NCBI GenBank assembly: GCA_964429665.1
Contig: CAYSDO010000001.1
Location: 1-56,877, forward strand
Direction of reading: 5' to 3'
DNA from: an uncultured Bifidobacterium sp.
GTDB lineage: Bacteria; Verrucomicrobiota; Verrucomicrobiia; Limisphaerales; JADLHS01
DNA: 56,877 nucleotides
Part shown: positions 42,146-51,458 of the stretch, in pieces
Position numbering within the stretch: position 1 is the first letter of the stretch
How the letters are laid out: the number at the start of each line of letters is the position of its first letter
Notes under the pieces: model-generated
Told to the model about the DNA's origin: nothing
What the model saw: only the letters and a program-made list of their open reading frames with translations
Database searches by the model: none
Program-made: the position numbers and the translations under genes

Positions 42146-43096
42146 TCACTCCTTCTTCGCAGCAGCAGCCATCTGCTCCACGAGGCGGTCGTTGAGTTCC
42201 TTGGCGGGATTGTAGCCGGCGATCTTCAGCTTGGTGTGGAACGCGGCAACCTCGATGAGCCGCGCGATGTCGCGTCCAGGTTTGACCGGGATGATGATGT
42301 GCGGAATTTCCACGCCGAGAATGTTGTGATAGGCCTGTTCCATTCCCACGCGTTCCACGTCCGGCAGATCGTTCCACGCCTTGAGCGAAACAACGAGGTC
42401 CACCTTCTTCACGGAACGAATGCTCTTGATGCCGAACATGGAGCCGACGTTGATGATGCCAATGCCGCGAACCTCCATGTGGTCGCGTGTGATGGGATTG
42501 CTGGTGCCGATGACCTTGCTGCCGTCCTCCAAACTCACCTGCGTGATGTCATCCGCCACGAGGCTGTAACCGCGTTCGATGAGCGCAAGAACACTCTCGC
42601 TTTTGCCGATGCCGCTTTCGCCCTTGATGATGACTCCTATTCCCAGGATGTCCACCATGCTGCCCATCTCGGAGCCGCGCGGGGCGAACATCGCTTCAAG
42701 CGCGCGAGCCGCAAGGTTGATGAACTTCATCGTGACGAGCGTAGTCTGGAATAGCGGCACGTTTTTCTTTTCGGCCATCTTCACGAGCAGGTCGTCCGGC
42801 CTCAGTCCCCGGCTGAACACAATGCAGGGAATCGGGAAATTGAGCATGGCCTCGTAGGCGTGCCTGCGTTTCTCCTCGGAAAGCGAACGGAGATAGTAAA
42901 CGTCCGCATTGCCGAGTGTCTGAACGCGTTTGTGGGCGAAGTAATTCTTGAAACCGGCAAGGATCAGCCCGGGCCGGTTCACTGAGGGCTCAAAAATGAC
43001 ACGGTCCATCCCGCCGCTTCCGGCGATGAGTTTCAGCTTCAACTCGGCCTGGTGGTCCTTGAAGAAGCGTTCGACAGTGACTTTGTTGATTTTCAT
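42146..43096 (-). CDS. hprK: HPr kinase/phosphorylase
   Basis: Walker A 'GESGIGKSE' and signature 'MEVRGIGIINV'. Confidence 0.9.
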   Translation of the reverse strand: MKINKVTVERFFKDHQAELKLKLIAGSGGMDRVIFEPSVNRPGLILAGFKNYFAHKRVQTLGNADVYYLRSLSEEKRRHAYEAMLNFPIPCIVFSRGLRPDDLLVKMAEKKNVPLFQTTLVTMKFINLAARALEAMFAPRGSEMGSMVDILGIGVIIKGESGIGKSESVLALIERGYSLVADDITQVSLEDGSKVIGTSNPITRDHMEVRGIGIINVGSMFGIKSIRSVKKVDLVVSLKAWNDLPDVERVGMEQAYHNILGVEIPHIIIPVKPGRDIARLIEVAAFHTKLKIAGYNPAKELNDRLVEQMAAAAKKE

Positions 43097-43214
43097 GGGT
43101 CAATCACAGGCAGATTAAGATCAAGAAAAGGAGCAAGAGCAAGAGGGGGAACGCCACGACAACGATTTTTTAATCTTAATCATGCTCTTACTCTTAATCT
43201 CTCCCCTCACCGTT

Positions 43215-44009
43215 TCACAAATTAAAATCCGGGCCGAGATATATCTCCCGCGCCTTGGGATCGTTCACGAGTTGTTCGGCCACGCCGTCGTACACGACTT
43301 CGCCCTTGTGGATGAGATAGGCGCGATCCACGAGCTTGAGAGTTTCGCGGACGTTGTGGTCGGTGATGAGAATGGCCATCCCACGATCCTTCAACCGGCG
43401 CACGATCTTTTGCACTTCATAGACTGCAATGGGATCAATGCCGCTGAACGGTTCATCAAGCAACAACAGTTTAGGGCTGGTGACGAGAGCGCGGGTGATT
43501 TCAAGCCGGCGCTTTTCACCGCCGCTCAACGTGTAGGCCTTGCTCTTGGCAAGCGGCGTGAGGTCCAGCTCCTCCAGCAGATACTTGAGACGCACGGTGC
43601 GCTCCGTGCGGGTGGCTTTGCAGGTTTCAAGAATGGCCAGGATGTTTTCCTCCACGGTCAGCTTGCGAAATACGGACGGCTCCTGCGTTAGGTAACCGAT
43701 GCCAAGCCGCGCGCGGTTGTGCATGGCGAGCTTCGTGATGGCCTTGCATTGAAAATTCACCTGCCCCTGATCGGGTCGCACAACGCCGACAACCATATTG
43801 AACGTGGTGGTCTTGCCCGCGCCGTTTGGGCCAAGCAAGCCAACGATCTCGCCGGCGTTGACGGTGATGGAAACATTGTTCACCACGCGGCGACCGCGAT
43901 ATTCCTTCACAAGTCCGTCCGTGGCAAGAAGACCCTTGGCCGTGGCGGTCGCGGTGGGCGCGAAGGGCGGGGCTTTTTTGAGGGACGGCTTGTCTTGCGG
44001 ATCGTTCAT
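43215..44009 (-). CDS. lptB: LPS export ABC transporter ATP-binding protein
   Basis: 'GLLGPNGAGKTT', 'LSGGEKRRLEITRAL' and 'LLLDEPFSGIDP'. The gene follows an LptA-like gene with an ATGA overlap. Confidence 0.9.
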   Translation of the reverse strand: MNDPQDKPSLKKAPPFAPTATATAKGLLATDGLVKEYRGRRVVNNVSITVNAGEIVGLLGPNGAGKTTTFNMVVGVVRPDQGQVNFQCKAITKLAMHNRARLGIGYLTQEPSVFRKLTVEENILAILETCKATRTERTVRLKYLLEELDLTPLAKSKAYTLSGGEKRRLEITRALVTSPKLLLLDEPFSGIDPIAVYEVQKIVRRLKDRGMAILITDHNVRETLKLVDRAYLIHKGEVVYDGVAEQLVNDPKAREIYLGPDFNL

Positions 44010-46078
44010 TTCTTTGGAAGTGTCGGCAATTGCAAGTCCGGCTGCAATCCTTCGAGTTTCAGACCTTCGGTTTTGATTTTTGTTCTCGCGGGGCCTTCCG
44101 CGCGAAAACTTTCGTGCGCTTTGTCCAACACCAGCTTCTGCGCATCATAAACCTCGAACTGCGAATTGGTCATGGTGGGGTTGTCGGTGAGCACGAACAC
44201 CTGGTTGGTGGTGGTGTAGGTGGCACGCCCGGCGTGGGCGAACGTGTCCTGGAATGCGATGGCGACCCCGCCATCCGCGACCAGATTGTCGAGCGCACCG
44301 CTGCCGTTGGTGAGCATTCGCGCGGTGACGTTTTCGGCATCCATACGGCGGTAAGTCGCGGCCCCGTTTGTCACACCAGGTGTCCCCTGTTCAACCACCA
44401 CATTGCCGTGTGCGCGATACGATTCCGCCCTGGACTTGGCACCGCCGGGCGTGAGTTTCAACGTAAGAGAATCGCTTGCAAGCCGTGGCTGGGCACCATC
44501 CGCAGGAATTTGCTGCGCCTTCACGCCGCCTGAGAAAATCCCCTCGCGATCGCTCGCCTTGGCGCTGAAAGTCCGCGATTTGATTTCAATAGTTACGGGA
44601 GCATTGGTTGTGGTGACCGGCGCGGACTGGTTCGGGAAAAAATCAAACAACGACTTGCTGCCGGACTCAAGCGTGTAACGCACGACGACGTTGTTCTGCG
44701 CAAACAGCGAATTCGTAAAAGTGTTGGCGATGAGTTGTTCCGCCGAGCCTTCGAGATTCGGTGCCTGCCAGCGCGGTTCGCCGGTGAAAACAATCTGACC
44801 GTCGCTGGAGAAATATGCCGCGCGTTCTGCCATCACCCTTCCCTCATTTCGCCATAACATCACATGCCCGGTGGCCACGGCCGTTTTCCCGGGAGCTCCC
44901 GCCGGTGAGCGGGGCGCTTCGATCAGGTCACACGACAGCGTATTGGTCTTATGGCTCAACTGTACCGATCCAACCAGCACAATGTTGTTTGAAATGAATG
45001 TCGCCCTGTCGGCCGCTACATCTATGAGTTCGGCGTTTGCCGGTTTTGTTCTGGTGGCTGTGGGTTTGTTTGTTCCAGAAAGAAATCCTCCTGCCGCCTT
45101 CAGTTCATCGGGCGGCAATTTCATTCTGACGTGGCCTTGTGCCTCGATGTTCCTCGAGTTTTTCCGCGTAATCTCATACACCGTCACGCGATCAGCACGC
45201 CCGGTCGTGCGGTCCCGTGACCACGCGACGTTGTCAGAAAGCTCGGCACGGTCATCTTGTTTCGTATAAACGCACCTGTCGGCGGCAAGCTTGAAATTGT
45301 TGGTCTTCACAAAAAAATGGACGTTACCCAATGCTTCGATTGTGTTCATCGAACGCGAGTTCGTACCGGCCAGGACGCCAAGAGTGTCGCAGTCGAACTT
45401 CATGACCGCATCCTCACCCTTCACATTGTCGTGGAAAACACCATGACGATTGGTGACATCCAACTCGAACCAGCGCGAAGTTATGCGCCACGGCGCGGCA
45501 TTGGTTGTCGCGGGGGCGGCATTGGTGTTAAGGCGCACGATGGCTTGGACAGCGTTCGATATAATGAGTGTGCCGGCGAGGTTGCGATAAAGAAACCCCT
45601 CGCCGCCGAGGCTGAGTTGATTGGTACCGGATTCGATCTGGAGCTTGCCGGAGGACGACGCCTCCCTGGCATTCTCGTCATAGATGCAGGTGGGGGCTTC
45701 GATGAGCAATTCGCGCCCTCCTTTGTTATTAAACTGCGCGATGCGAAGTTGCGTAAGTGCAATGCGACCGGGAGGTCCGTTTGTCAACGACTCGGCCTTC
45801 TTTCCGGAAAGTTCATACTGCACCTTCGTATTATCGGGCAGGGGGTAGTATTTAAGGATGGTGTAGTTTTCTCCCCGCCCTCCTTTGATTTCCTGGGCCG
45901 TGGCCGGTGGCAAAACGAGAAGAAAACATCCAAGCACCAAGCACCAAGTACGAGCGAAAAAAGTGTGTGAGCGGGAGTGGTAGTCAACTGAAAGCCCGGA
46001 GCGCGAGCGGTCCCTCGCTCGCAGCGCTTCGCCAGGCAGACAGACTCCGGATCTTCCAAGAATTCTCTTCATATCCAC
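44006..46078 (-). CDS. very long LptA/LptC (OstA)-family periplasmic protein
   Basis: Signal peptide '...LLVLPPATAQE'. At least three LptA-type terminal motifs: 'ADRCVYTKQDDRAELSDNVAW', 'AERAAYFSSDGQIVFTGEPRW' and 'AGRATYTTTNQVFVLTDNPTM'. Located immediately upstream of lptB. Confidence 0.7.
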   Translation of the reverse strand: MDMKRILGRSGVCLPGEALRARDRSRSGLSVDYHSRSHTFFARTWCLVLGCFLLVLPPATAQEIKGGRGENYTILKYYPLPDNTKVQYELSGKKAESLTNGPPGRIALTQLRIAQFNNKGGRELLIEAPTCIYDENAREASSSGKLQIESGTNQLSLGGEGFLYRNLAGTLIISNAVQAIVRLNTNAAPATTNAAPWRITSRWFELDVTNRHGVFHDNVKGEDAVMKFDCDTLGVLAGTNSRSMNTIEALGNVHFFVKTNNFKLAADRCVYTKQDDRAELSDNVAWSRDRTTGRADRVTVYEITRKNSRNIEAQGHVRMKLPPDELKAAGGFLSGTNKPTATRTKPANAELIDVAADRATFISNNIVLVGSVQLSHKTNTLSCDLIEAPRSPAGAPGKTAVATGHVMLWRNEGRVMAERAAYFSSDGQIVFTGEPRWQAPNLEGSAEQLIANTFTNSLFAQNNVVVRYTLESGSKSLFDFFPNQSAPVTTTNAPVTIEIKSRTFSAKASDREGIFSGGVKAQQIPADGAQPRLASDSLTLKLTPGGAKSRAESYRAHGNVVVEQGTPGVTNGAATYRRMDAENVTARMLTNGSGALDNLVADGGVAIAFQDTFAHAGRATYTTTNQVFVLTDNPTMTNSQFEVYDAQKLVLDKAHESFRAEGPARTKIKTEGLKLEGLQPDLQLPTLPKK

Positions 46079-46180
46079 GCGCTGCGGACGAGGGACCGTC
46101 CGCGCTCCTTGACCGCCATTTCCTGTCGCATCCGAGAAATACCAAACACCAGGCTTTGGTCATTGCCCGGGGGGTTGAAA

Positions 46181-46231
46181 TTTGGAGCTTGGTTATTCAT
46201 TGGATGTTGGCGCTTGATGCTTGGTGTTTTT
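46181..46231. repeat. imperfect GCTTGGT-type heptad tract
   Basis: tttggaGCTTGGTtattcattggatGTTGGCGCTTGATGCTTGGTGttttt. A related (CCAAGCA)2.6 tract lies at 45930-45948, inside the signal-peptide coding part of the LptA-like gene. Confidence 0.4.
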
Positions 46232-47051
46232 ACCTCACCGCGTTGAACACCTTCAACAGCCCGCACAACACCCCGGGCATTTCCTTCAATGGAACCATGT
46301 TCGGTCCGTCACTCAATGCACTGTCCGGTCGCGGATGCGTCTCAATGAACACGCCGTTTGCGCCCGCAGCCAGTGCCGCGCGGGCGAGCACTGGCGCGAA
46401 CTCGCGCTGGCCTGCCGACCTGTCGCCGCCCCCACCGGGCAGTTGGACGGAATGAGTCGCGTCAAAAATCACCGGACAGCCGGTTTTTTTCAGGATCGGA
46501 ATCGCACGCATGTCGGCAACCAGATTGTTATAGCCGAAAGTCGTGCCGCGTTCCGTAAGCAGCAGATGTTGGCCGCCCGCGCTCCGGGCCTTGGCGACAA
46601 CCTGCGCCATCTCGGCAGGCGAAAGGAACTGACCTTTCTTGATGTTGACGATGCGTCCGGTAGCAACGGCGGCCTCGATCAAATCCGTCTGGCGGCAGAG
46701 GAACGCCGGGATTTGTAGAATGTCCACGACCTCACCCGCCGCGACGCTCTGCGCTTCCGTGTGAACATCCGTGAGCAACGGTACGCCGAGTGTTGCTCGA
46801 ACTTTTGCGAGGGTTTTCAATCCAGCTTCGATGCCCGGCCCGCGAAAGGATTTACCCGAGGTGCGGTTCGCTTTGTCAAAGCTGGCTTTGAAAATGTAGT
46901 GGATGCCCAGGTCGTCGCACGTTTTTTTTAGCACGCGAGCAATCCAAAGACAGAGACGCTCGTTTTCAATCACGCACGGCCCGGCAATGAGCGTGAGCCG
47001 TCTTGGCGATGCGAGTTGTTTCCAAAGCAGGGAGTCGCGTAACACATTCAC
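46230..47051 (-). CDS. kdsA: 3-deoxy-8-phosphooctulonate synthase
   Basis: 'LIAGPCVIE', 'FKASFDKANRTS' and 'VIFDATHSVQLPGG'. Confidence 0.95.
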   Translation of the reverse strand: MNVLRDSLLWKQLASPRRLTLIAGPCVIENERLCLWIARVLKKTCDDLGIHYIFKASFDKANRTSGKSFRGPGIEAGLKTLAKVRATLGVPLLTDVHTEAQSVAAGEVVDILQIPAFLCRQTDLIEAAVATGRIVNIKKGQFLSPAEMAQVVAKARSAGGQHLLLTERGTTFGYNNLVADMRAIPILKKTGCPVIFDATHSVQLPGGGGDRSAGQREFAPVLARAALAAGANGVFIETHPRPDSALSDGPNMVPLKEMPGVLCGLLKVFNAVR

Positions 47052-47186
47052 GTTCTATCCGAATGCGGGAGCGAAGTAAATCACGGGCGCAAGGCAGGGC
47101 GTCCTCCAAGCCCTCGCCAAGATATTGGGTCTGCGCGCGTTTTAAGTTGCCCCACTCTGTGCCGGCAGCTACAAGGATTAAAACTC

Positions 47187-47912
47187 ATGTTTGGCGAAAT
47201 CAAAAATAAGCAGGGCGAACGGCTCGACTACACCTTTCACGCCGGTTCAACTGCTCCCAAAAATATCGTCGTCATCGGCCATGGCGTCACCGGCAACAAG
47301 GATCGTCCGTTTGTTGTGGCGCTGGCAGATGGATTGGCGCGGGCGGGCATTGCCTCCTGCCGGTTTTCATTTTCAGGCAATGGAGCTTCGGGCGGGCGCT
47401 TCGTTGATTCAACCATCTCCAAGGAGGTCGAAGACCTGGACGCTGTGTTGAACGCGCTGGACGGCCACACAGTTTGCTACATCGGTCACAGCATGGGCGG
47501 GGCGGTGGGCGTGCTTCATGCGAGCCGCAAAAAACGAATCAAGTTTCTGGTTTCGCTGGCCGGAATGGTTCACACAAAGGCTTTCGCCCAGCGCGAATTT
47601 GGAATGCTCACGCCGGATGCAGGATTCATGTGGGACGAGCCGGGTTGTCCGCTCTCGAAAGTTTACATGGACGACATGGCAAAGCTGGACACGGTGGTGG
47701 ATTGCGCGAAGCAGATCACCGTTCCGTGGCTGTTGGTTCACGGCACGGCGGACGATGTCGTTCCGATCCAGGATTCCTACGATATTTTCGCCAAAGCCAA
47801 CGAGCCGAAGCAACTCATCGAGATTCAAGGATCGAACCACGTCTTCGGGGGAGAATTCACGCCGGTCATGGTTGAGAAAGTTGTGGGTTGGGTGAAGATC
47901 CGGTTTGGGTGA
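47187..47912 (+). CDS. alpha/beta hydrolase
   Basis: Nucleophile elbow 'GHSMGG', 'HGTADDVV' and 'GSNHVF'. Confidence 0.8.
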   Translation: MFGEIKNKQGERLDYTFHAGSTAPKNIVVIGHGVTGNKDRPFVVALADGLARAGIASCRFSFSGNGASGGRFVDSTISKEVEDLDAVLNALDGHTVCYIGHSMGGAVGVLHASRKKRIKFLVSLAGMVHTKAFAQREFGMLTPDAGFMWDEPGCPLSKVYMDDMAKLDTVVDCAKQITVPWLLVHGTADDVVPIQDSYDIFAKANEPKQLIEIQGSNHVFGGEFTPVMVEKVVGWVKIRFG

Positions 47913-48151
47913 CGCATCCGGGATTTTTTCCACCGCCACGTCTTTCTGGTAGTTCGCAACACTAGTATAAAAGGAGTTGAGCCGCGCCGGATTCCGGTTC
48001 AATCTTCATTCCATCGCATCTCATTACCATCAGGCTGAGGCTTGGTGGCAAAGCGGTTTGGAAACAGATGACCGCGGAGCACCCCGTCGAAGCGTGGTGT
48101 TCGTGAGATGTTGGCCGTTTGAAATAAACCAATCCTCAACAGAAAAAAACT

Positions 48152-49054
48152 ATGTCAGAAAGAATTGGATTCGTCGGAGTCGGGCGCATGGGTGCAAACA
48201 TGGCGCGCAGGCTGAAGGAATGCGGCTACCCCATCGCCGCCGTTTATGACGTGAACACCGCCGGCGCGCAGGCGCTGGCGACTGAACTCGGTGGCGGCTG
48301 CGTGGCCGCCGACCAGTTGAAAGTCGTGACTGCGTTGTCCGACGTCATCATCACCGTCGTCACAGACGACAAAGCCATGAAGGCCATCTTCGGCGGCGGG
48401 TTGCTCGCGCGATCCAAGGGCAAGGTCTTCATCAATTGCGCCACGATTTCTCCCGCAATGCACGTTTGGGTGGAGGAAAAGTGCAACGCCAAGGGCTCGC
48501 ATTCGCTCGAAGCCTGCATGGCTTCCAGCATCAATCAGGCGCGACAAGGCACGCTCTATCTGATGATTGGCGGCAAACAGGAAATTTTTGAACAGGTCAA
48601 ACCGATGCTCACCAAGTTGAGCGACGAAGGCAAATTGCTCCGTTACATCGGCACCGCCGGCAAGGCCGCGCAGGTCAAGGCGCTCGTCAACATGGTCATG
48701 AACATCAACACCGCCGGTCTCGCCGAAGGCCTCGGCCTCGGCACCGCGCTTGGCCTCGACCTGAAGACATTGATGGAAGTGTTCTCGCAAACGGGGGCGA
48801 ACTCCCGTGTGTTGGTCACCGACGGCGAAGACATGGTCAATCGCGACCACTCCTGCTTCTTCTCCGCAGCGCACGCGGCGAAGGATTCCGGCATCGCCCT
48901 CAAGCTGGGCAAGGAACAGGGCTTGAACCTCCCGCTTGCAACCGTCACAAAGAAACAGTACGACCTCATGGTGAAAGAAGGCTTGGGCGAACTCGACAAG
49001 TCAGGCATCGCCGAACTCACTTTCAAGGGCAGACATCAGCCCAAAGCCTGCTGA
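48152..49054 (+). CDS. NAD(P)-dependent oxidoreductase, 3-hydroxyisobutyrate/6-phosphogluconate dehydrogenase-like
   Basis: 'IGFVGVGRMGANMARRL' and 'GKAAQVKALVNMVMNINTAGLAEG'. Confidence 0.85.
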   Translation: MSERIGFVGVGRMGANMARRLKECGYPIAAVYDVNTAGAQALATELGGGCVAADQLKVVTALSDVIITVVTDDKAMKAIFGGGLLARSKGKVFINCATISPAMHVWVEEKCNAKGSHSLEACMASSINQARQGTLYLMIGGKQEIFEQVKPMLTKLSDEGKLLRYIGTAGKAAQVKALVNMVMNINTAGLAEGLGLGTALGLDLKTLMEVFSQTGANSRVLVTDGEDMVNRDHSCFFSAAHAAKDSGIALKLGKEQGLNLPLATVTKKQYDLMVKEGLGELDKSGIAELTFKGRHQPKAC

Positions 49055-49072
49055 ACGGCAAGCCCCCTTTGC

Positions 49073-49942
49073 ATGAAGGCAAAGCCCGCAGTGACGCGAC
49101 CCATCCTGCGTCACATCGTGAATTTATGGACGCTTGTCTGGCATCCGACAAAGGCACGCGAGTGGACGCTTGAACGAAAACTCCACGCAGTAAAAGACGC
49201 AGGCTTCGACGGCTTCACCACGCAACTCACACCAAAGCATGCGAAACTCGCTGATCAACTCGGCCTGATGCGGGTGGGTTATTTTGCTTCGAGCAATCCG
49301 CGCGAGTTTGGTTCATTGCTGCGTTCGCAAAAGGAAGCCGGCGCGCTGCATGTAAATGTCCAGCTTGGCGACCACGACACGCCAACGCCAGTGGCAATTC
49401 GCCTCGCGCGAATACTGATCGCGGAGGGCAAAAAGCTCGGCCTCGAAGTCGCGGTCGAGGTTCATCGCGACACCTGCACAGAAACGCCGGAGAAAACATA
49501 TTCGCTAGCTGACGGCTACGAAAAAGCGACTGGCGAACTCCTGCCTATGACGTGGGATTACTCGCACATCGCAGTGGTGAAACATCTGCTCGCGCCGTTC
49601 TGGCCGCGACTCGGCGTACGACCGGATTTAGTTCAACATGCCCAGCAGTTTCATCTTCGCCCGTTCAACGGCCATCACTGTCAGATTCCTGTCACCAACG
49701 GGCACGATCGCCTCACGCCGGAATTCCTGGACTACATTCCGTTCATGGAAAAGGTGATGGAAACCTGGCTCGCCGCTGCGACGCCCGGGCGTGAGTTCAT
49801 CGCCGTGCCTGAACTGGGCCCGCTCAAGATCGGCTACAGGTTGCATTCGTTCCCGAGCAGTTGGGAGGATGCAAAAGTGTTGCGCCAGCAGATCGAGAAA
49901 AGCTGGCGTCGCGCGTTGAAATCATGGAAACTGCTCCTGTGA
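49073..49942 (+). CDS. xylose-isomerase-like TIM-barrel (sugar phosphate isomerase/epimerase family) protein
   Basis: Overall (beta/alpha)8-like pattern with conserved His/Glu positions ('EVAVEVHRDT', 'WDYSHI'). This is a weak by-eye call. Confidence 0.5.
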   Translation: MKAKPAVTRPILRHIVNLWTLVWHPTKAREWTLERKLHAVKDAGFDGFTTQLTPKHAKLADQLGLMRVGYFASSNPREFGSLLRSQKEAGALHVNVQLGDHDTPTPVAIRLARILIAEGKKLGLEVAVEVHRDTCTETPEKTYSLADGYEKATGELLPMTWDYSHIAVVKHLLAPFWPRLGVRPDLVQHAQQFHLRPFNGHHCQIPVTNGHDRLTPEFLDYIPFMEKVMETWLAAATPGREFIAVPELGPLKIGYRLHSFPSSWEDAKVLRQQIEKSWRRALKSWKLLL

Positions 49943-49979
49943 TTCCCTGTACATCAAGAGCCGTATTGCCTCTCATGCC

Positions 49980-51458
49980 ATGACCGCCATTTCACCGTCC
50001 ACACTCGCGCCTGACGTCGAGTCGTTCTATCACCTGCCGCGCGGCGAGCATGTCGGGAAAGCCTGCCAGGGCACGGCGTGTTTTGCGGCTCGTCATCTGA
50101 ATCCCGCGCTGTGGGCCGAGGCGAACGCGCAGAATCCGCGCGTCTATTGTCTCGGTGAATGTTTCGCGGCACCGGCAAAGGGACAAACCAATCCGCGTCC
50201 GCCGGTGAAAGTTTCTTCCGAGCACGGCATCGTGCTGGGGCGCATTGCGACGGGCGGCGCGCGGTCGCTGGCAACGTATCAAAAACTTGGAGGCTATGCT
50301 GCATTGGCGAAGGCGTTGGAGAGTCCGCCGGAAAAAGTTCTCACCGCGGTCGAAGCATCAGGTTTGCGCGGACGGGGAGGAGCGGGTTTTCCGGCGGGCC
50401 GCAAATGGCGTGCGGTGGCATCGCAACCGGCGGGAGAAAAATATGTCGTCGCCAACGCCGACGAAGGCGATGCGGGTGCTTACATTGACCGCTACCTGAT
50501 GGAGGACGACCCGCACGCGCTCATCGAGGGAATGATTCTCGCGGGTTACGCGGTCGGCGCGTCGAAGGGTTACATCTACGTTCGTCTGGAATATCCGCTC
50601 GCCAACTCCGTATTGCGCGCCGCCATTGATGAAGCGCGAAAAGCGGGCTGGCTCGGCCCGCGGGTCGGTGGAAAAAATTTCAGCTTTGAACTCGAAGTCT
50701 ATACCGGCCACGGCAGCTACGTTTGCGGCGAGGAAACTTCACTGCTCCGTTCCATCGAAGGCAAACGCCCTGAAGTCATGGCGCGTCCGCCGTATCCGAC
50801 CGAGCGCGGGCTGTTCGACAAGCCGACGTTGCTCAACAACGTCGAGACGCTCGTCAACGTACCGTGGATTGTCACGCACGGCGGTGAGACTTACGCGGCG
50901 ATTGGTTTCTCGAAGAGCCGGGGCACGAAGGCGCTTTCGCTCAATTCGCTGTTCAACCGGCCCGGCCTTTACGAAGTCGAGTTCGGCGTCACGGTGCGGC
51001 ACATCGTTGAGGAAATCGGCGGCGGCTTGCGCGGTGGCGGCAAACTCAAGGGCGTGCTAATCGGCGGGCCAATAATCGGCATAATTCCGCCGCATCTGAT
51101 TGATACGCAACTCGGTTTCGAGGAACTCGCGGCGATTGGCGCGGGCGTCGGGCACGGCGGCGTGGTGGCGTTTGATGAACACACGTCCATCCCGGAATTG
51201 ATGGAGCATGTTTTTTCGTTTGGCGCGTACGAGTCGTGCGGCAAATGCACGCCCTGCCGCAATGGCAGTGGGCGCGTGGAGGAAATTTTTGCCAACGCCT
51301 GCGCGGGCGACGCCACGAAAACCGATTTGCAGGAGAGCCGCGACCTCGTTGTCGCGCTCAAGCTCGCCAGCCTTTGCGGTCACGGCACCGGTCTCGCGCG
51401 CTTTGCCGAGTCCATCCTCAAATATTATCCCACCGAGATTGAGCCATGCTTCAAGTAA
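49980..51458 (+). CDS. NuoF-like NAD/FMN/Fe-S subunit of NAD-dependent formate dehydrogenase (FdsB-like), with an N-terminal NuoE-like Cys motif
   Basis: 'GLRGRGGAGFPAGRKW' (FMN), 'ANADEGDAGA' and 'ESCGKCTPCRNG' (N3 cluster). N-terminal C29-x4-C34...C57-x3-C61. Confidence 0.85.
   Translation: MTAISPSTLAPDVESFYHLPRGEHVGKACQGTACFAARHLNPALWAEANAQNPRVYCLGECFAAPAKGQTNPRPPVKVSSEHGIVLGRIATGGARSLATYQKLGGYAALAKALESPPEKVLTAVEASGLRGRGGAGFPAGRKWRAVASQPAGEKYVVANADEGDAGAYIDRYLMEDDPHALIEGMILAGYAVGASKGYIYVRLEYPLANSVLRAAIDEARKAGWLGPRVGGKNFSFELEVYTGHGSYVCGEETSLLRSIEGKRPEVMARPPYPTERGLFDKPTLLNNVETLVNVPWIVTHGGETYAAIGFSKSRGTKALSLNSLFNRPGLYEVEFGVTVRHIVEEIGGGLRGGGKLKGVLIGGPIIGIIPPHLIDTQLGFEELAAIGAGVGHGGVVAFDEHTSIPELMEHVFSFGAYESCGKCTPCRNGSGRVEEIFANACAGDATKTDLQESRDLVVALKLASLCGHGTGLARFAESILKYYPTEIEPCFK

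Noticed and set aside
43112-43200. A purine-rich / pyrimidine-rich imperfect inverted repeat (AGATTAAGA...TCTTAATCT) between lptB and hprK.
   Set aside because: It is real as sequence, but only 9 bp pair cleanly and the rest is low-complexity. I see no basis for a specific function beyond a spacer or weak hairpin.
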